Part shown: positions 28,738-39,073 of the stretch, piece by piece
How the letters are laid out: each line of letters begins with the position of its first letter
Position numbering within the stretch: position 1 is the first letter of the stretch
DNA from: a virus
Taxonomy: Duplodnaviria; Caudoviricetes
Direction: 5' to 3' (one strand)
IMG/VR virus record: IMGVR_UViG_3300037478_000397
Location: 1 to 52,957 of that record
DNA length: 52,957 nt
The notes under the pieces: generated by a model
Told to the model about the DNA's origin: nothing
Database searches by the model: none
What the model saw: the letters and a program-made list of their open reading frames with translations, nothing else
Position numbers and translations under genes: made by a program

Positions 28738-29775
28738 ATGGTCGCCTTGGACGTTTTCAACCAAAAGGCTTTCAGCACGTTGTCTTTGACAACGGCCATC
28801 AACAAAGCGCCCTTCGCGCCGAAGCGGCTGGGGTCGATGGGACTCTTCACCGAGCGTGGCATCATGACCACGACAGCGCTCATCGAAGAGCGCCATGGGA
28901 AGTTGCACTTGTTGAGCACGGCGGCGCGTGGCACCCAGCCAACCGTGTTCAGCGGCCCAATCCGCCATGCACGTTCGTTCGTTGTGCCGCACATTCCGCT
29001 CAACGCGGCGGTGTTCGCCGACGACGTGCAAAACATCCGAGCGTTCGGAAGTGAAACCGAACTGGAAACCGTTTCTCAGCACGTCAACGACAAGTTGGCG
29101 GCGATGCGCCAAAGCTTCGAGGCGACGTGGGAATGGCATCGCATCGGCGCGGTGAAAGGCGTTGTGCTCGACGGTGATGCGTCCACGACGCTGTTCAACT
29201 GGTTCACCGAGTTCGGCATCACCCAGACCACGAAAGTGTTCTACCTCGACGTCGCCAGTTTCAGCGTCAAGGCGAAGGCGATGGACATCATCCGCGACAT
29301 GGAAGACGCGCTTGGCATGGACACGTACCAGCGCATCCATTGCCTCTGCGGCAACACGTTTTTCGACCAACTGATTTCCAACGCCGAAGTCAAGGAAGCT
29401 TACGACCGCTTCCAAGATTCCGCGTTTTTCCGAGCGACCCAGCGCGGCCCCAACGGCGTCGGCGGCGGGTTTATGTTCGCCGACATCATGTGGGAGAACT
29501 ACCGCGGCGGCGTTGGTGGCACGAAGTTCATCGCCGACGACGAGGCGTATTTCTTCCCCGTGGGCGTGCCGGATTTGTTTCAAGTCATCTACGCGCCCGG
29601 CGACTTCATGGAGACGGTCAACACGACGGGCCGGCCGATCTACGTCAAGCAGGAGCGCATGCGGTTCGACAAGGGCGTCGAGTTGCACGCGCAGTCCAAT
29701 CCGCTGCATATCTGCACGCGCCCGAGCACGCTCATCAAGGGCACGTACCAAGCCGGCTCTGCCAGCGGGAGCTAG
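28738..29775 (+). CDS. Major capsid protein (phage_cap_E family)
   Basis: FSTLSLTTAINKAP..P.RLG.MGLF, TWEWHRIGAVKG, QSNPLHICTRP. Confidence 0.93.
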   Translation: MVALDVFNQKAFSTLSLTTAINKAPFAPKRLGSMGLFTERGIMTTTALIEERHGKLHLLSTAARGTQPTVFSGPIRHARSFVVPHIPLNAAVFADDVQNIRAFGSETELETVSQHVNDKLAAMRQSFEATWEWHRIGAVKGVVLDGDASTTLFNWFTEFGITQTTKVFYLDVASFSVKAKAMDIIRDMEDALGMDTYQRIHCLCGNTFFDQLISNAEVKEAYDRFQDSAFFRATQRGPNGVGGGFMFADIMWENYRGGVGGTKFIADDEAYFFPVGVPDLFQVIYAPGDFMETVNTTGRPIYVKQERMRFDKGVELHAQSNPLHICTRPSTLIKGTYQAGSASGS

Positions 29776-29873
29776 TCCGATTCACTAGGACCTTCCGTTC
29801 GTGGGAGCGTGCCGCTGGGCCGCGTGATACCGCACCATCACCGGCCCGCGGCACACCTTTCAAGAAAATCAAC

Positions 29874-30176
29874 ATGCCTCACTATCAAGAATGCACGTAC
29901 ACAGTCGACAAGGCTACGCCCGAAACTCTTCAGGCTTTGTGCCAAAGAATTTGGGCCGTTGGTGGCTTTATTCGCGACGATCAAAATACCCGGTCAGTCA
30001 CGATCATTGGCCACCCTCACGTCATCGCGGCGGCAGAATCGATCTGCCAAGAGTTTTCCTACCGCGACGGATACCGCGACGTTGTTCCGCCAGACGACAC
30101 CGAAACAGTGATTGACAGAGACGAGGGGAGCAAAGACTTGCTCCCCCCCAACGAACCGGAAGGCTCGACGGCGTGA
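29874..30176 (+). CDS. Hypothetical protein
   Basis: MPHYQEC start fills the gap between capsid and tail-completion genes. Confidence 0.5.
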   Translation: MPHYQECTYTVDKATPETLQALCQRIWAVGGFIRDDQNTRSVTIIGHPHVIAAAESICQEFSYRDGYRDVVPPDDTETVIDRDEGSKDLLPPNEPEGSTA

Positions 30177-30709
30177 TAATCAAGAGTCTAGTTCGACTTC
30201 GGTTGTACGGCCTTCGCGGCTTGATTCGCGCCATCAGCGGCGCGAATCACCCGCGGATTATCGGCGCGTACAAACAATGGGGAGCGAGGTATCGCGGCTT
30301 CGCCCAACGCCGGTTCGCGCGATTTAGCCGCGGCGGCGGGGACTGGGAGCAACTGAAACCGTCGACGCTTGCCAGACGCCGCAAGGGCAAAGGCAAGCGG
30401 GTTGTCGCCATCCTTCGGGACACGTCGACAATGTTCGCGGCGTTGGCGCCGGCGTTCATCGGGGCGGCCGGTGCGCTCGAACAAATGCTGCGAGACGGGA
30501 TTCGCGTCGGGTTCGGTGGCCCGGGACGGCACGAATCGGGCGGCACGGCAACCATCGCCGATATCGCGAGCTTCCATCAGGCCGGCAATACCAGCGGCGG
30601 ACTGCCGAAACGCGAGATCATCGTTGAGCCTGATACGCCCACGCGAAAGTTAATGGCCTCGGACATGCGGCGCGCACTCATCGCCATCCATCGGGAGAAT
30701 GAGCGGTGA
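30173..30709 (+). CDS. Virion morphogenesis/tail completion protein (Mu gpG-like)
   Basis: W.QLKPSTLARR..ILRDT, ASFHQAG, LPKR. Confidence 0.8.
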   Translation: MIIKSLVRLRLYGLRGLIRAISGANHPRIIGAYKQWGARYRGFAQRRFARFSRGGGDWEQLKPSTLARRRKGKGKRVVAILRDTSTMFAALAPAFIGAAGALEQMLRDGIRVGFGGPGRHESGGTATIADIASFHQAGNTSGGLPKREIIVEPDTPTRKLMASDMRRALIAIHRENER

Positions 30710-31254
30710 GCAGCAGCAAGCCCAACCCGTTGACGCTGGTGCATGACGCCCTGTGGGAGCTTGTCGCCAAGCAGCCGATATTCGCCGACCTGGTGAAGCC
30801 GGGCAATCGCATCCAGTTCAACGACCCGCGCGTGCGCGACCCCATCAAAGCTTCGGCCACGACGGCCGACTTGCCGGAAGTGCTGCTTACGTCCGAAGGG
30901 TTGTCGCCGGTTCGGCTTTGCCGCACGTCAAGCACCAGCAGCATCATCAAGCAATGGGGATGGGTCATCACGACCGGGGATTACCGGCTCAACGAATTCT
31001 TGCTGCCGATCGAATGGGCCATCATCGCTTGCATGATGGATTGGAAACGGGTGCTGACTGCCCTTCGCTGGCCGCCCAACACGTCCAGCAGCTACGAACA
31101 CTTCGTCAAACGCACTGACGTGGTTGGTACTCAGCACGGCGAAAGCGACGCGCGGCGCAACCGCGGCATCGCCGGCTTTTCTTCGATCATGACAATCGAA
31201 GTCGAGATGCACTTTCGTACTCTCGATATTCAAAACCTCCTAACCCAGGAATAA
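30706..31254 (+). CDS. Putative tail terminator
   Basis: Position before the tail tube gene; size. Confidence 0.5.
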   Translation: MSSSKPNPLTLVHDALWELVAKQPIFADLVKPGNRIQFNDPRVRDPIKASATTADLPEVLLTSEGLSPVRLCRTSSTSSIIKQWGWVITTGDYRLNEFLLPIEWAIIACMMDWKRVLTALRWPPNTSSSYEHFVKRTDVVGTQHGESDARRNRGIAGFSSIMTIEVEMHFRTLDIQNLLTQE

Positions 31255-31258
31255 CAAC

Positions 31259-32182
31259 ATGGGCGTTCACTCTGGATTGTTCGGCGTCGTGAACGGCCGC
31301 AATACCGTTCGCCAGTGGTCGATCGAAGATACCCAGGCCGCGCAAAAATACGTGGCGAGCAACACGAAAGCAGGCAGTGGCCGGCGGCGAGGCGTCCGCG
31401 ATTGGACGGGCAGTTTTCAGCAGTACGGCCACACGCCGATTGTCATGCCCGGCTACACGTTCGCCTTCCAAGGCTTTACTGCGCCCGACAACGATCAACA
31501 GGCCGGCACGGGAACCATCTACAGCGGCACGGCGATGGTGACGCAAGTTGTCGTCACGTGGAACTGGGGCAGCGGCGAAATCATCAACATTCAAACCGAC
31601 TTCGGCGGGCACCTGACGTTGACGCGCAGCGACGGGCAAGCGGCATTGTCGGACCTGACCACGCCGGTTGTGCCGCAAATCTGCGGGACGCAAATTCGTG
31701 TCATCAGCGTCAAGGACGACACGCCGGCCGACGTGGAAGGCTCGTTGGGCGATGCGAGCGACAGCGGCGCCGGCGGCGAAGATCAATGGCCGAATTTGGA
31801 AACGGCCACACTGACGATTACCAGCGACGTGAAAACCTACGTCAATTCGTCGACGGGCTGCTGGACCGGCCGCACGCGAGGGCCGATTGATTTCACGCTC
31901 GCCGTCGTTGAGCAGGAAACCAAGCGAAGCGGCGGAATCCACAACGCCATTCAGATCGAGGAGTCGTTGGAACTGAAGTGTTTCGTCACCGAAGATTTGT
32001 ACTGGCACCTGAAGTGGGCGCATATCGAGGGCTTTACCGGCATCAGCGTCAACCCGGAGACCGGCGACATCATCAGCCGCACGGTGAACATGGGCATGGA
32101 CGGCATCGACCCGGACGGCGCGAAGGGCACGGGCTTCATCAAGACCCCGGGCGGTGCAACGTTCTGGCCGCTGGCTTCGTAG
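31259..32182 (+). CDS. Major tail tube protein
   Basis: QWSI...GVRDWTGS motif, apparent two-domain duplication, followed by terminator and chaperones. Confidence 0.7.
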   Translation: MGVHSGLFGVVNGRNTVRQWSIEDTQAAQKYVASNTKAGSGRRRGVRDWTGSFQQYGHTPIVMPGYTFAFQGFTAPDNDQQAGTGTIYSGTAMVTQVVVTWNWGSGEIINIQTDFGGHLTLTRSDGQAALSDLTTPVVPQICGTQIRVISVKDDTPADVEGSLGDASDSGAGGEDQWPNLETATLTITSDVKTYVNSSTGCWTGRTRGPIDFTLAVVEQETKRSGGIHNAIQIEESLELKCFVTEDLYWHLKWAHIEGFTGISVNPETGDIISRTVNMGMDGIDPDGAKGTGFIKTPGGATFWPLAS

Positions 32183-32191
32183 CGATTCTTC

Positions 32192-32260
32192 CCGGCCGCG
32201 GGGCAAGCGAGGCCAACATCCACCCCCTTCGCTTTTGCACCCCGGCCGGTTTTTATTTCA
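32192..32260 (+). terminator. Rho-independent terminator after the tail tube gene
   Basis: CCGGCCG..GGGG/CCCC GGCCGG long stem followed by TTTTTATTT. Confidence 0.65.
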
Positions 32261-32270
32261 CGGGTAGCTC

Positions 32271-32771
32271 ATGGCCACGGACACCGCTCATCGACAAGCA
32301 CGGCAGAAGGCCACGGCCGCGCGCACGCCGCTTGAACTATTCGACGAAGATGGCGTGAAGCACACGTTCATGGCGTCGCCGTTTTGCGAGCAAGATCATG
32401 CGGAGTTGGACTCTTTTATTCAGAAAACATTCTTGAATAACGGCTTGCGTATGTTGGAGCATGTCAAGCCGAGTGAGCGTGAATCGTTGCGGCGTCTGTT
32501 GATTCGCGAGGCGTGTTCGATTTCCGCGGCCGACGTCGAGGGGCAACGCATCTTGATGACGTTGGACGGCTGGGTCCAAATCCTCTGGCAAAAAATCCAC
32601 CGCAATCACCCAGAGATTCGTAGGGACTGGCTGCGCACAACGCTGTTCGCCGAGACGACGCGAGAGGGCAAGGCGAATCGCAAGGCGGCAACGAATCTCA
32701 GGGAAGTCCAAAACGTGTTCGACCTCCACGAAGCGGGAGGCAGCGAAGCCAAAAAAAACCCTACCCCGTAG
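32271..32771 (+). CDS. Tail assembly chaperone (gpG-like)
   Basis: Between tube and tape measure genes; ends KKN at a slippery site. Confidence 0.7.
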   Translation: MATDTAHRQARQKATAARTPLELFDEDGVKHTFMASPFCEQDHAELDSFIQKTFLNNGLRMLEHVKPSERESLRRLLIREACSISAADVEGQRILMTLDGWVQILWQKIHRNHPEIRRDWLRTTLFAETTREGKANRKAATNLREVQNVFDLHEAGGSEAKKNPTP

Positions 32772-33028
32772 CGTCCGCCGCGTCGAAAGACGCCGGGCAG
32801 GCGATGCCGCGTCCGGGCCAGACAGAGGACAAATACCGCAATCTGGCACGCCTGTACAAATACACTCCCCACGATATCGCCACCATGACCATCGACCAGC
32901 AACTAATGATGAGCGGAGTCAACTTCCTGGGCGACGTGCAAGCTTTGAAATTCGACACCTGGGACGAGTATTTGACTTGGGCGGCGGCGAAAGGCTTTAG
33001 GCCGAAGGGGAAAGCCAATGGCCGATGA
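32753..33028 (+). CDS. -1 frameshift extension (gpGT-like)
   Basis: A AAA AAC at 32753-32759; the -1 frame is open into ORF 32804-33028 (YTPHDIATMTIDQ). Confidence 0.75.
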   Translation, partial: KKPYPVASAASKDAGQAMPRPGQTEDKYRNLARLYKYTPHDIATMTIDQQLMMSGVNFLGDVQALKFDTWDEYLTWAAAKGFRPKGKANGR

Positions 33029-35036
33029 CGCAACTATTGCACTTCGCGGGGACAACGACCCGCTAAAGCGTGCGCTGGCTCAATCTGAGAGCAGCATCAA
33101 GCGCTGGGGCAGCGGCGTGAGTAGCACGTTCGCAAAAGTCGGCGGCGCGATTGGCGCTTATCTATCTGTCCGCCTGCTGGCGAATTTTACGAAGGCGGCT
33201 ATCGGCATGGCCGTTGAGGCGGAAGATGCCGGCAGCGCGTTCGATACCGTATTCGGCCCGGCCGTCGGGCGCATGAATAAGTTCGTGGACGAATTCGCGC
33301 ACAAGGCCGGCTTCGCGTCGTTCGAGCTAAAGAAACTGCTTGCGACTTCCGGAAACATCGTTCAGGGAATCGGGGCGACGGCTGACGAATCTGCGGAACT
33401 GGCCGAGAAAATGGCGAGGCTCGCCGCGGATGTAGCGAGTTTCAAAGAGGGTGTCGGTTCAACTCCGCAAGCGCTCTATGCGCTGCAATCCGCTTTGACT
33501 GGCGAGCGGGAATCGCTGAAGCAATTCGGTATTGTGATTCTCGAAACCGATGTGCAGGCGAAGGCGTTCGCGATGACTGGCAAGTCAGTCGCCAAGGACT
33601 TGACAAAACTCGAAAAGGCGCAGGCTACCGTCGCTCTTGCTTATGAACGGGCAGGTAAAGCCGTGGGCGACCTGTCGCGCACGGAAGATTCCAGGAGCAA
33701 CACGCTGGCGAGGCAAGCCGCGCGGTTCCGCGAAATTTCGAAGGAAATCGGCGACGCGCTGCTGCCGGCACTAGATGCGCTGTTGCCGCTGATGGATACG
33801 TTCGCCGATGAAATCGAACGCTCGTTGCCGCTACTGCGAGAAATGTCACAGGCTATGGCGGATTGGGCAGAGGCGATGGGCGGCGCGTCGGACGGGCTGA
33901 AGACAGGCGAGGACGATCTGTCCACGTACATGAAAGCGACCATTCGCATCGTCGCTTTTATTCAGACGGCATGGGAAGCCCTGGGCGAAAACATCTCAAC
34001 GATTCTTGGCAACATCGGCAAGAACGCGGGTGAAATCGCGGCGGCAATGGTCGCTTCGCTCAAGGGTCCGCAGCAGATGATCGACGCCTTTCGCAGTTTG
34101 CAGCTTACCGACGTCTTGGAAGGTACTGAGGGCTTCACGGTTGAATCGCTTATGGCCGACTTCGATAAGCGAGTCAAAGACGCCGAGGAATCGCGGCGAG
34201 GCCAGCAACAAGACGACGCGAGTGCCAAGAACAAAGACGGCGGATTCGACGGCAGCGATGGCAGCGGCGACGTGGGCGCGGGAAAGAAGGCGAAGGCCGG
34301 CGGCGGGCCGGGCGTGGAAGATTTGTTGGCGCTCAACGCGCGAATCCAAAACGCCGCGGTGAAGCCCGAAGATAAGATCGTCGGGGCCATCGAAAAGCTT
34401 GGCGATATTATCCGCGACGGTGATGCGGCCGTAGAAGAGGCCGTCGCAGAAGGCGCGAAAGGCGCGGGCGGGAATCGGTTTATGTCGGCCGACCAGCGGC
34501 AACGCATCATGGACGCCGCCGGCGCCGAACAGGCCGCAAAGGACAAAGAGGCGGCGGACAGGGCCGCACGCGCAGAGGCGCGTAAGGCTGCCAGACAGGC
34601 GGAACTAGACGCGATGTTCACGGGCGGGCCGGGCACTGACCCGGACGTTGTCGCCGCTACTGCCGCCGAACGAATCCGCAAGGAAGGTTCCGACGCCATC
34701 AAGGCCGCGATGGACGTTATCAATTCGCCCGACGTCCATGCCGGCTCGCCGGAATTCGCGGCAGCGGAAGCGCAGATTGAAGCTGCACTGGACAGCAAGT
34801 TGGCAAGGCTTGAAGAGAATTTGCGGCAGAAGGAACTAGAGACGTTCGCCGCCATCGCCGCCGAGCGGAATCAACCGGGTTCGCGAAGCAACTTCGACGA
34901 AACGGTGGCTAATCGTGAGGCCGTAGAACGCGAGGCCATCGAACTGCAAAAGAAAGAGCTTGAAGAGGCGAAGGCGAACACTGAGGCGCTGACTGCGCTG
35001 CCACGTAAACTCAAAACGCTGGGGGCGCTGACATGA
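33018..35036 (+). CDS. Tape measure protein
   Basis: Ala-rich helical; LAADVASF, SALTGERESLKQFGI, GDL.RT.DS..N. Confidence 0.9.
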   Translation: MADDATIALRGDNDPLKRALAQSESSIKRWGSGVSSTFAKVGGAIGAYLSVRLLANFTKAAIGMAVEAEDAGSAFDTVFGPAVGRMNKFVDEFAHKAGFASFELKKLLATSGNIVQGIGATADESAELAEKMARLAADVASFKEGVGSTPQALYALQSALTGERESLKQFGIVILETDVQAKAFAMTGKSVAKDLTKLEKAQATVALAYERAGKAVGDLSRTEDSRSNTLARQAARFREISKEIGDALLPALDALLPLMDTFADEIERSLPLLREMSQAMADWAEAMGGASDGLKTGEDDLSTYMKATIRIVAFIQTAWEALGENISTILGNIGKNAGEIAAAMVASLKGPQQMIDAFRSLQLTDVLEGTEGFTVESLMADFDKRVKDAEESRRGQQQDDASAKNKDGGFDGSDGSGDVGAGKKAKAGGGPGVEDLLALNARIQNAAVKPEDKIVGAIEKLGDIIRDGDAAVEEAVAEGAKGAGGNRFMSADQRQRIMDAAGAEQAAKDKEAADRAARAEARKAARQAELDAMFTGGPGTDPDVVAATAAERIRKEGSDAIKAAMDVINSPDVHAGSPEFAAAEAQIEAALDSKLARLEENLRQKELETFAAIAAERNQPGSRSNFDETVANREAVEREAIELQKKELEEAKANTEALTALPRKLKTLGALT

Positions 35037-35809
35037 CCAAGTGGAGTCCGACGATCGCCGCGAGGGAAGTCCATGCGTCGGTGACGGAAAACTGGGGCGC
35101 GGATGAGATTACTGCGTCGGTAGAACTGCAACTGCCGTGGGCGAATCGCCATGCTCTGGTATTCGACTTGATCGGCAACGCGCGCGAGTGGCCGCACGGG
35201 AGCTTCACCGCCAAGCCGCGCGCCGTGTCCGCAGTTATCTCGCCGTTCTCCGCGTTCTACACGACCGACGGGGACGAGGAGCTTATGACCTACGAAGATG
35301 CGTTCGTGACGGTCAACTATTCTTCCGCGCAGGGCGAGGATTTACTTGCCGAGTCGTTGGAACCGACTGCCGAATTCTTCCCGCTGGACCACAAGCGGTT
35401 CCGCTGGTCGGCTGTCGACGGCGATCCGCTGGCGGAAAACGAAGCCCCCGGCAAATTGATTCGCGGCCTGAACATCGTGCGGACGTTCTTCAAAGTGGCC
35501 GCGCTATCGACAGACTTGCTTGACCTGGTTGGCACGGTCAATGACGGGGCGCTGGTGACGCCGCTTCTGGGCCTGACGTTCGCCGCGGAAACGCTGCTCT
35601 ACACGCCGCCGAATCTATCCCGCACGATCAAGACGGACGGGACCGGGTTCGCCTGGAACGTCACGATGAAACACAACTACAAGCCGCAAACTTGGAATAA
35701 GTTCTGGCGAAGCAAAACAGAAGCGTGGGAAGAAATCGTTGACTACGAGACGGGCGCGGTCTACAAAAACTACCCGCCCGAAGATCATTCGGGGATATTC
35801 TCTCTGTGA
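35033..35809 (+). CDS. Putative distal tail/hub protein
   Basis: Directly after the tape measure gene; VGTVN, ETLLY, WN motifs. Confidence 0.6.
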   Translation: MTKWSPTIAAREVHASVTENWGADEITASVELQLPWANRHALVFDLIGNAREWPHGSFTAKPRAVSAVISPFSAFYTTDGDEELMTYEDAFVTVNYSSAQGEDLLAESLEPTAEFFPLDHKRFRWSAVDGDPLAENEAPGKLIRGLNIVRTFFKVAALSTDLLDLVGTVNDGALVTPLLGLTFAAETLLYTPPNLSRTIKTDGTGFAWNVTMKHNYKPQTWNKFWRSKTEAWEEIVDYETGAVYKNYPPEDHSGIFSL

Positions 35810-35821
35810 TGGCGGTGATTC

Positions 35822-37270
35822 ATGGCGCGAGTGACGGCCGAAAATCTGCAAGAGAAGCAAGCCGGCGACCGCATGTCGGCCGACGAATACAACGCGCTCG
35901 CTCGCAACGCACGCCAGCAGTATTCGCTCAATCGCGGCCACTACGAAGAGGGCATGATCGTCCATGACCGTGTGCCCGACGCACGAAATAAGTTCGTGAG
36001 ATTCTGGTCGGACATTGCGCTACCGGCGTATTCCGTTTTCACGATCCAGCTTTGCGACTTCGGCGCCGAACACGACCCGGCGAAGATGACATTGGCCTTG
36101 CCGGGCGTTGGTGGCGGTGGCTCGTTTCTGGGGGCCTGGACAAACGAAGCCTACCCGATCGTGGCCGGAAGCTGGAACTGGGGCCGGCCGATCAACGACT
36201 TTGACACGGCGAAGGTGCGCTATCACGGCGACACCCCGCGAATCGGCTGGGCCGCGGGGCTGGACCACGGCTTCGGCTCGCTCAACGTGGGGAAGATGTA
36301 CGGCTTCACGATTCTGGGCGTGGAGCAGGAGAGCGAGAATAGCTATATCCGCGTACAGCGCACGCCCGACCCGCACTGCATTATCGCGCGGGTAACGGAG
36401 ACGGTAACGCCGTTGGTTGGCGACCGCATGGGCAAGGGCCGCGTCAAAGTGCTCTATCGCGACGGCCGCGACCTGGTTGACGCCGGCGTGCCCGTCGAGT
36501 CGCCCGATTGCACGGGCAGCAGCAGCGGCGACGATGCGGCCACGGCCGATCAAGATGCCGTCGAGGTCTACTCGATTTGCCACGGCGAATTCGAGGTAGG
36601 CCGGCGGGTGAAGTGCGACCAAACGCTGGGCATCGGTTTGGTGGTCACAGAACCTTGCGGTGACGGAGGCGGCTTGACGCCGGGCGTCGGGTCTAGCAGT
36701 AGCGGATCGGGCAGCGGAAGTAAGAAGGTAGACCGCGAACACCTCGGCGCTTCCGCCAGCGGAAACGTCACGCTCAGCGGCACGTATCAAAAAGTGCCCA
36801 TCGTTGCCAAGTCGGTGTCGATGAAAGATGCGTCGCGGAAGATTTTTGACAACGGCAGCAACGAAATCGAAATCAACGATCCAGACATTGGCCTCGCCGA
36901 CTTTGTGGAGTTTTCGCTATCGGTGAACCTGAGCCGGCTGACTGACCCGCAAGACGCTTGCCAAAATCTCAACGCGAATTATTTCTTCGAGGTTCGCCGC
37001 AACGGAACGAAGGTGATCGAAATTCCGTTTTCGGCTTGGTGGGTTCCGTGGATAAATCTGGCGGCCGACCCGCCGGAGTGCGCCGGCGGAAGTGGACCCG
37101 AAAAATTCAACGGCTCTTACACGTGGACGCAGGCGGTAAACGACGACGACATTTTCACGGTCTGGATGCTTGTTGACCATTTGGACGGCATCGATGAAGC
37201 CGACACGTGGAGTTACGAATTAGACGTCACGGTCGACGACACGGTGGAGGAGGCGGAATTCCCGCTTTAG
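35822..37270 (+). CDS. Putative tail tip/receptor-binding protein
   Basis: Position; AGD..SA..YN N-terminus; Ser/Gly linkers separating domains. Confidence 0.55.
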   Translation: MARVTAENLQEKQAGDRMSADEYNALARNARQQYSLNRGHYEEGMIVHDRVPDARNKFVRFWSDIALPAYSVFTIQLCDFGAEHDPAKMTLALPGVGGGGSFLGAWTNEAYPIVAGSWNWGRPINDFDTAKVRYHGDTPRIGWAAGLDHGFGSLNVGKMYGFTILGVEQESENSYIRVQRTPDPHCIIARVTETVTPLVGDRMGKGRVKVLYRDGRDLVDAGVPVESPDCTGSSSGDDAATADQDAVEVYSICHGEFEVGRRVKCDQTLGIGLVVTEPCGDGGGLTPGVGSSSSGSGSGSKKVDREHLGASASGNVTLSGTYQKVPIVAKSVSMKDASRKIFDNGSNEIEINDPDIGLADFVEFSLSVNLSRLTDPQDACQNLNANYFFEVRRNGTKVIEIPFSAWWVPWINLAADPPECAGGSGPEKFNGSYTWTQAVNDDDIFTVWMLVDHLDGIDEADTWSYELDVTVDDTVEEAEFPL

Positions 37271-37305
37271 CCATGCTCCCTTGCCAACACAGCGTCCGGA
37301 AATGT

Positions 37306-37509
37306 TCACGGTGCGGATTCGTCGACGTTGACAGAATTTTCCGCTGCCCGTTCAGCTTCGCGCCGTCGCTCAACCTCTTCGAGGATGTCCATGTTGGCGA
37401 GGTACGAGACCGCCCCCAACAACAAACACCCCAACAGCATCAACACGAACACGACCCCGCACGTCGCGGACACGGCCATCGAAAAAGGCCCCTGTTGTCG
37501 CCGACCCAT
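37306..37509 (-). CDS. Small membrane protein (inverted moron)
   Basis: Hydrophobic helix plus charged tail, antisense to the late operon. Confidence 0.5.
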   Translation of the reverse strand: MGRRQQGPFSMAVSATCGVVFVLMLLGCLLLGAVSYLANMDILEEVERRREAERAAENSVNVDESAP

Positions 37510-37527
37510 TAACCACCCCCTATCGAA

Positions 37528-37713
37528 ATGATCCCCTGCCAACATCGCGGCCAGCAAAAAGGCACGAAGAAAAACCGGCTTTGCAGCCGACGCGGCCAGA
37601 CCGAACCGCTCTACGCCTGCGCGATCTTCGGCAAATGCACCGTCCGAAAATTCCGTCACGCCCAGAAAATAGCCTCGTGCCTCTCCTGTGATTCCTTCGC
37701 CCCCCGCCGTTAG
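37528..37713 (+). CDS. Small Cys-rich protein
   Basis: CQHRG...C...YACAIFGKCT...CLSC. Confidence 0.65.
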   Translation: MIPCQHRGQQKGTKKNRLCSRRGQTEPLYACAIFGKCTVRKFRHAQKIASCLSCDSFAPRR

Positions 37714-37729
37714 ATATTGGACCCCCGCA

Positions 37730-39073
37730 ATGTCGCTGTCAAGTATTTTCGAGCGAGTCGTCTGCATAAACCTGGACCGCCGGCCGGATCGGTGGGAGGA
37801 ATTCACCGCCGGATTGCCGGCCGATTGGCCGTTTCGCGAGGTCCAGCGCTACACCGGCATCGACGGCAAGCTGGCCAAACATCCCGACTGGTGGAAGCAA
37901 GGGGCCGGAGCGTTCGGTTGTTTCAGAACACACTTGCGAATCATCGAAGAGACAATCAACAGCGGGACGGAATCGGTTCTCATCTTTGAGGACGACGCGA
38001 TATTCTGTGACGACTTCGCCGCCAAGTGTGCGGAGTTTTTCACTGAACTGCCCGATGACTGGGAATGGATCTACCTGGGCGGGCAACTGCTCGACGTCGA
38101 AAGCCGGCCGCCGCTGCGAATCACCGACAACGTTTTCGTCCCGTACAACGTCAATCGCACCCACGCCTACGGTTGCCGCGGCAAAGAGTTTATGCAGGTG
38201 CTCTATCGCTGGCTGAACGTGGGCAGCGACCAGTGGCGGCAAGGGCATCATATCGACCACCACTACGGGCGAATGCACGGGCGGGCTCAGCGCAAAATCT
38301 ATGCGCCCGGCAAGTGGCTTGTCGGGCAACGCGAGTCGCACTCGAACATCAAAGGGCAGGTCATGCCAGAGCGCTACTGGCCGGCTCTCGACGAGGTGCA
38401 AGAGAAAGCCGTCGACGTGCCGTTCGTGCTGGTCCTCGGAGCGCACCGTAGCGGCTCATCGTGCGTCGCGACGATCCTGCGGAAGCTCGGCGTCCACCTG
38501 GGCAACGTCATGATCGGGTTCGAGAAACCGCCCAGCGAAGCCCGCGACTTGGCCGCTATGTGTGAGGAAATTCTCCCGCTTCCCGCCACCGAATTGAAGC
38601 GAACGCTCGCCCATTTCAAAGGCCGGTTCGCGAAGTGGTCGCGCGGACGCTCGAGGGAAGCGTACAACATTGGCACGATTGCCGGCGGCAAGTATCCGCA
38701 ACTGTGCGCGCTCGCGCAAACCGTCGAGGAAGTCGTTGGCAAAGAGAGGCTATTGATCGTCAACTGCGAAAGGAGTCTTGAAGAGTCAATCGAGTCCATG
38801 CAGCGGCGCGTCGACGTGGTACGGAATGGATTTTCCGCGGCTGATATCGAGCGGCACCAACGATTCTTGCATGAGGCGAAGTGTGCGTTCTTGGCAACGC
38901 GGCGCCACCACACTGTTGACTACGATCGGTTGCTCGCCGATCCGGCAATCGAAATCGACAGACTGGCCGGGCACTTGGGCTTGGACCCGACCGGCAAGCA
39001 GCGTAGCGAGGCGTACCTGCACGTGGACGCGGGGCGGCGGCATTACGGGGCCGCGGAATTGGTAGCGACGTAA
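37730..39073 (+). CDS. GT25 glycosyltransferase fused to a sulfotransferase-like P-loop domain
   Basis: CINLDRRPDR, GC..TH, LIFEDDA, IYLGG, THAY; then VLGAHRSGSS, KYP, YD.LL.DP. Confidence 0.88.
   Translation: MSLSSIFERVVCINLDRRPDRWEEFTAGLPADWPFREVQRYTGIDGKLAKHPDWWKQGAGAFGCFRTHLRIIEETINSGTESVLIFEDDAIFCDDFAAKCAEFFTELPDDWEWIYLGGQLLDVESRPPLRITDNVFVPYNVNRTHAYGCRGKEFMQVLYRWLNVGSDQWRQGHHIDHHYGRMHGRAQRKIYAPGKWLVGQRESHSNIKGQVMPERYWPALDEVQEKAVDVPFVLVLGAHRSGSSCVATILRKLGVHLGNVMIGFEKPPSEARDLAAMCEEILPLPATELKRTLAHFKGRFAKWSRGRSREAYNIGTIAGGKYPQLCALAQTVEEVVGKERLLIVNCERSLEESIESMQRRVDVVRNGFSAADIERHQRFLHEAKCAFLATRRHHTVDYDRLLADPAIEIDRLAGHLGLDPTGKQRSEAYLHVDAGRRHYGAAELVAT

Noticed and set aside
24024-30709. Transposable Mu-like phage
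   Set aside because: Head genes are Mu-like, but there is no transposase A/B, and an integrase and attP are present
35822-39073. Diversity-generating retroelement near the tail-tip gene
   Set aside because: No reverse transcriptase and no TR/VR pair seen
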